From: Trichosphaerium sp. ATCC 40318
Lineage: Eukaryota > Protista > Tubulinea
Length of the DNA: 64,000 bases
Assembly: GCA_038496445.1 (NCBI GenBank)
Contig: JALMLS010000220.1
Span: forward strand, 150,223 to 214,222
Reading direction: 5' to 3'
Below the pieces are notes generated by a model. The model was not told where the DNA came from, did no database searches, and saw only the letters and a list, made by a program, of their open reading frames with translations. Positions 58,510-64,000 of this stretch are shown piece after piece; the stretch's first letter is position 1, and each line of letters opens with the position of its first letter. A program made the translations under genes and the position numbers.

Positions 58510-59466
58510 GCACACTCAAAGGGCGTAATACAATAAAATACGTCAGTTTTTCGAAACCTAACTAACAACGTGGTTTTGGTTTGCGCAAATGTTGGGGAAC
58601 AATAGAGAAGGAAACTTCATAAACTACTGGTTCACAAAAGCCTTGTCGTGCAGAACAATGCCCACGTTATATTAATGCTGGTAGAGAGAACCGATTGAGC
58701 TGTTGTAACTGCAACCAGGACTGTCTAGAAAAATCTGTTTTAGAAAAAAAAGGCGAACGCGCGGAAATTACTTTACACCACTCGGTTAAACTCTATGTTG
58801 CTTTTTAAAGTTCCCATGTTGGAGTTTGTAGCTTTGGTACAAAAAATCCCGTTTCCCCGCGAGTGTCAAAATTTTAAACTGCTCACGAGAAGCACGACGT
58901 GCATACAAACGCTGTTGAAGGGCATTGAACTTGAGATTTGTTTAAGTTTCGTTTATCAATAAAACCAAAACACTCCAATAGTTGGCAGAGCGAACCACGC
59001 CACTCAAATATATATTATTCTAGGTACGTAATGCATGGGTAATTCATTTGCCTTCTTTTTTGACTACGTTTCTGGTTCGGTACCCAAAACGAGCGAGCCT
59101 AATATGTATAGTCAACTTTATTTACTGTACCTTTACAAACAAAGCAAACCTCGGGTTTTTCTTTCCGCATTGTTTTCGTTTTTGCCTCTCGTGCAGCGTA
59201 AAATTAAACCTAGCTATCTCCGTGCCTATATCCACGTCTAAACTCCAAATTGCTCGAACTCAAAAGCACTTCGCGAAATCTGTTTTTTTCGTAAATTGAG
59301 TTCTTTCGTTGCACCAAATAATTGCACAATTGCTTTTGATATAGTAAGCTTTGCAAGTTTAGACGAGAAAAAAAAATCCAACCTAAAAAAAAGAATACGA
59401 TATCGAAATTGTCGCTTTTCATCCTTTTTTTATTGGCGCTTCTAACCAAACAAGCATCTAGTCGAT

Positions 59467-62400
59467 ATGCAGGACGAGTACGAGGATGGAGTATACTATG
59501 TTGCTACTGCGAATGGCACAACCGATGGGAGAGCGGTGAAAAAGCGCAAAGTAAACAGACCAGTAAGGCTTGTATCTCATGGTACGTGAGGTTCTGCATA
59601 ATGATATAAGGAGTTAAATTGTTAGCGGAATTTTTCCAACTGTTTTAAAACACACTGAAAGCCCTGCACTTGCTAACAAACTACTAAAGCTTGCGATTTC
59701 TGCAAACGGAGACACCTAAAGTGTGATGGACAAAGTCCCTGCCACCAATGCAGCAAACGAAACGCATCGTGTATATACTCAGAGAGGAAAAAGCGAGGTA
59801 CGTTATAGAGTAAGAATAACTGTTTTTTGATACTTTTTCTAAAGGCCCAAAACCACGCCGTAAAAAGATAAAAGAGGATAAAGGAGAATATGAGGAGCAC
59901 TTACAGGTACATAAAAACATTCTGTACAACCATAAAAAAAAAAAAAACCAACACAATTTTTTTTAAGTTTGTTTTAGTTTTTAGTTGTACTAGCGCTCAG
60001 AATACTACCGAAACTCTTTTATTTTACCCAACAGGCGCTTTTTTGTGAGCTCGCACGCTACGCGTTTCCCGAAAACGGTTTGCGGACTTTCTTTTTAAAA
60101 CATTAGAATTGCTCCTCACGTATATTAGACACTTGTGGATGAATTACATAAAGCTCAACAAGAAGCCGAAACTTGGAAGGAAAAATACCGAAGTGAAGTA
60201 CAACGAACAAACCTAAAAAGGCCCCGTAGCGCTACTGATGATCAACCTACTTTTGATGCAGCATTATTTTTGGAAAAGACTTATGGGTAACCAATAATGG
60301 AAAAAAAACATTTTTTGTGATCATATTACGCAAGCGTTGTGTAATCCTGTATTAGGTGGGCTCAAGATGACGGATTACCTTTTTCGTTGGATACAGCAGG
60401 AGCTACAAAAGCTAGGTGAGTCAGTTTTTGGAAGAAATAGTCGATTTTTTGGGAGAAAAACTAACTTTTACTCCCTTTGTAGGAACTTAGATTTTCAGAC
60501 TTGCTTGAGAGCAATGCGTGTTAGAAAAGCCATAAGAGATTATAAACTGAACGCCAAGTTTGTAACGGCTTATGATGAAGTAATTCTTCCGTCACTTCCT
60601 TTCGTTAAGATAACACCTCAAACACATAAAGATCTACAGGAGCTTGCAGTACGTGCTTTTTTTATAACAGAAAAACATGGCGCAACCATTTTTTGACTAT
60701 TTTTCTCAACTGAATAATTCCACTTGCCAGTATGACGCAATCAAAATACTAAAATACTCCTCAAAAATGCGCTTACTTCGGCAGTTGGCTAATTATGTAT
60801 TTTTTGTAGAATATGCCCACTGAAGAGGTCTGTAAACACGATATTATTGTTGTTTCTGCTTTGGAATACTCCATGGTCTGTGCTTTAGGTCCGTACTTTG
60901 TTTCTTACTAATATCAGGCGCCTTTTTTTCATTAAACGGGGAAAAACGGACTTTTTCTGTTTTTTCCAAATTTCGCCATTCCTAACCACAATATTTTGAT
61001 TTAAATGCGTGGAATATCATTAACGTTACTGTAGGCGCTGGATTATGCAAGGACAACGAAACTCAAGCTCAATTTGCAGATATATCTGGAAGTCTCGTTC
61101 ATTATCTTCTCTACAAGAGACAGGCTCAACAGGATGTCTTACTCGTTCAGAGGCTTTTCGATTGTTTGCTACTTATGTGTCAATACTATATTATAAACTG
61201 CAACGAAAGCCAGTACGTCAGTAGACCAGAGACCGGTTCTCGCGTGTTGTTTCACAAGTATTGAACCTTACTGAACTCTTGCATTAATCACAAATTTACT
61301 TAGGGGATACATGATGATAATGCTAGCTTACGCGATATTAAGGACTAATAAGAATATACAAGTAATATCAACCTTATCAAAACAAAGGTAAAGTTTTTTT
61401 TCTTCAATCTCTTTGAGGCTTTTTTGTCTTTTTTTTGCTTTTTCTTATTTTTCGATAATGTTTGTACAAGAAGTTTTGTTCGTTTTTTTTTTTTCTTGTC
61501 GTTCTGACTTTTTTAAATGAAATATGCTACGCGTTCTCGTATTTTTTATTAAACCGATTAATAGGTTTTATTGCTGTCTTATCGCTCAATGTAAAAATCC
61601 TAGTACAAGGATACATTGGTTTGAAATGTGTGAAGCCGAGTTGAATAAAATAGAGGATGAACAAGTAAGGAACAGGCAAATAGTCGTATTGTCTATTGTA
61701 TACCTTAATATAAGCGATGGGCCATATAAGATGAAGTGGGATGTACGTGGTTAAACGAACTCTCTTTTTTTGTTTGTTTTTGGTTTTTCTTTCCTTTTTT
61801 TGATATTTCTCCTTTTTTCTCCGTTGAATTTCTGTTTGTTGACGTTTTTTCTGTTGTATAGGATGATGCTACTGCTGCTTCTTTAACTGCTACTACACAA
61901 CGGGTTCTTGGCATGTTAGAGCAGGTAGATAGTGCCTCTAAGGATTCATTGAGGCAAGCTATGGACACAAGCGGTTCAAAAGTGACGCCGTCTCTTTTCG
62001 GCCAAAATGTTCTTATTGCAAAGGAAATGGAAAAAAAGATATGTATCACTGGCTGTAAAGCTGCTGCGTTATGGAGGCTAGGTATGTACACGGAGAAACT
62101 CTGAAAAAAAAACGTTTTTTTTTTCTGAACTTTTGCGTTGTTTGCGCTAACGCCATCCCAGGACGGAATGCTGAGGCTGGTGAAATGGCTGGTTTGGCTA
62201 TTATTAAATGCAAAGAGTTTGAACACCGTCCATGCTCTTTGGGGCTTCCAGCAGCCCTAGGTTACGCAGTCACAGTTTGTAAAGAATTGAGATTAAAGGC
62301 ACAATTCCAAGAGGGAATTAGACTCATGTTGATTTTGGGTAAAATGTATCCAGTCATTGCTGACTTGGCAAGGGTATGTATAACTACACAGAAACTCAAT

Positions 62401-62636
62401 TGAATATAAACAGTTTCAAGAGAAAAATAGCCAATTTTGAAGAAAACTCGCCTTTATTTTTTTTACTTGCAACGCTAATAGTTTTTTTCTAGACAATTTC
62501 TAAAGGCGTTGACAAGACAATGAATATCAAGCCAATGTTAAGTGCCAAAGGCAAAAAAACAAGAGATAAGCCAAACTGGTCCTTATTAGGGTCAATGTTC
62601 TCACCAGATGCTGCTGATGAGTTTGTATTTTATTAA
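59467..62636 (+). CDS. Zn(II)2Cys6 binuclear-cluster transcription factor
   Basis: Exon at about 59690-59796 encodes ACDFCKRRHLKCDGQSPCHQCSKRNASCIYSERKKRGPK, followed by a coiled-coil exon; additional upstream exons possible. Confidence 0.88.
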
Positions 62637-62745
62637 AAAGACCTGCAAGGCAACAACACACATTTTTTCGGAAAAAACGAAGGAAACTTTCAGGCGGATT
62701 CAAAAAAAGAAAGCCTCTGTGTTGCCCCACAAAGTGTTTTATTAC

Positions 62746-63885
62746 TTATTTTGGAATACTTTCCAAGTATCCGAATAATGTATTAAAGTATTGTGGATTC
62801 TGACAAGGCACTAATGATGGGTCTTTATCTTGGTAGCATTTTTTGAGGTTTGCAATTTTCATCAATTTTGCGCCTGATACTTCCTCAACTATATAAAAAC
62901 TCTTGTAAATAATAAAAACAAAAACCAACATCTTATAAACTTAGTATAAAGTTTTCAAAGTAAAAAAAAAGTCTACGACGAAGGATCGTTAAAAGAAGAA
63001 AAAAAAAATAGTTGCAGATGCTCGTCAAATCTGCTTTTCTCTCCCCGCGCAGAAACGTAAAATGGTTTTTTTTTGTTTGAAAGACTTTAGGGTTTTTGCA
63101 CACGTGATAAATAATATAATAAATTGGTTCAATTATGTACCTTGAAGTGTTAATGAATCAACATCAACGTCCTTGTGTACAACATACACATCAGCGTATT
63201 CATTATTAATGTATGTTCCATTATTTGTAACAAAGTTGACTTTGACTGTTCCAATCTTATTGAATTCCTTCTCTGGCAAATCTAAACCGAGCTCTTCGTG
63301 TAGCTCTTCTCTTGCTATACATATCAATGTTAGAAAGTCCAACACAATTGCCCAGAAGGAAGAAAAGTCGATTTTTTTCGAATTTCGCTTGAAAGTGGCT
63401 GTACGGCATCAAACCAACGTAAAAAGGTATGGTTGCGCCCGCTTTGTTATGACTAGACGTATTACGCCACTATAACGTGGGTTTCAGGGTTTCTTTTTTT
63501 TTCGAAAAGTAAAAACTTACCTGTTTGCATTGATGTTGATCCAGCCTTCACGTGACCGGCTGCTGAGATGTCCCATAAGTTAGGAAATGATTCTTTGCAA
63601 GCTGCGCGCTTTTGAAGAACTACTTCGCCTTTGCTGCAGCAAAAATGAGTTAACTGAACTTCACAACGCTGTAAGATCGCCTGATACGAGTCATCAGGCT
63701 ACGTTAAAGTCGTTTTACAGCTTTAATGGCGAATGGCACTATTTTGTGTTTATTGCGTACCTGGTAGCGATCCAAACATGCACAACGCGGTGCAATAGCC
63801 CTTTTTTATGCACTTCTGAGCGTGGGAGGCTTTTACCAGTTAAATTACCGTTTTCATCTAATACATCAAGATATTCTTCACTCAT
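62746..63885 (-). CDS. Nudix hydrolase (IDI-like subgroup)
   Basis: YLDVLDENG..PRSEVHKKGLLHRVVHVW, LQKRAACKESFPNLWDISAAGHV and Nudix box AREELHEELGL. Confidence 0.9.
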
Positions 63886-64000
63886 GATACTCTAGACAAC
63901 ACAGTGATGAATTTTAATTGCTAAATTCACAGTTTGCGAAGCGTTAAGCCATTTTTTGCTCAAATTCACTCCGATTGGCATTTCAATCATGAGAGAATGT

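Overview
Gene-dense, AT-rich (roughly 35% GC by eye) eukaryotic nuclear DNA, most likely from an amoebozoan-type protist. This is inferred from TKL kinases, a CBM49-like module, a Zn2Cys6 factor and lectin-mucin surface proteins. Genes are split by many short spliceosomal introns (about 40-250 nt), often with a GTACGT donor, so the ORF track fragments most genes; the models below were spliced by hand. Core genes: PARG, Tex/SRBD1, CKS1, DLD, a 2-oxodicarboxylate carrier, a CorA-like transporter, a Nudix hydrolase, DUF4246, DUF2961 and a Zn2Cys6 factor. Accessory content: a decayed piggyBac with perfect 37-bp TIRs, a dispersed family of F-box/LRR genes (five with an F-box, plus relics), an F-box/MORN gene, and a lectin-mucin gene with a truncated duplicate. 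Most notable observations: (1) the palindrome CACGTG is strongly over-represented, often extended into longer palindromes, and sits at intron ends and at a rearrangement junction; (2) two near-identical F-box/LRR paralogues differ mainly at predicted substrate-facing residues and carry a promoter segment in opposite orientation; (3) an intron-containing homologue of the bacterial MARTX ABH effector; (4) a PUB-PARG fusion; (5) an intact but probably ATPase-dead RAD51/DMC1 paralogue; (6) an HRD-to-HRR pseudokinase. No rRNA, tRNA or CRISPR array was recognised.
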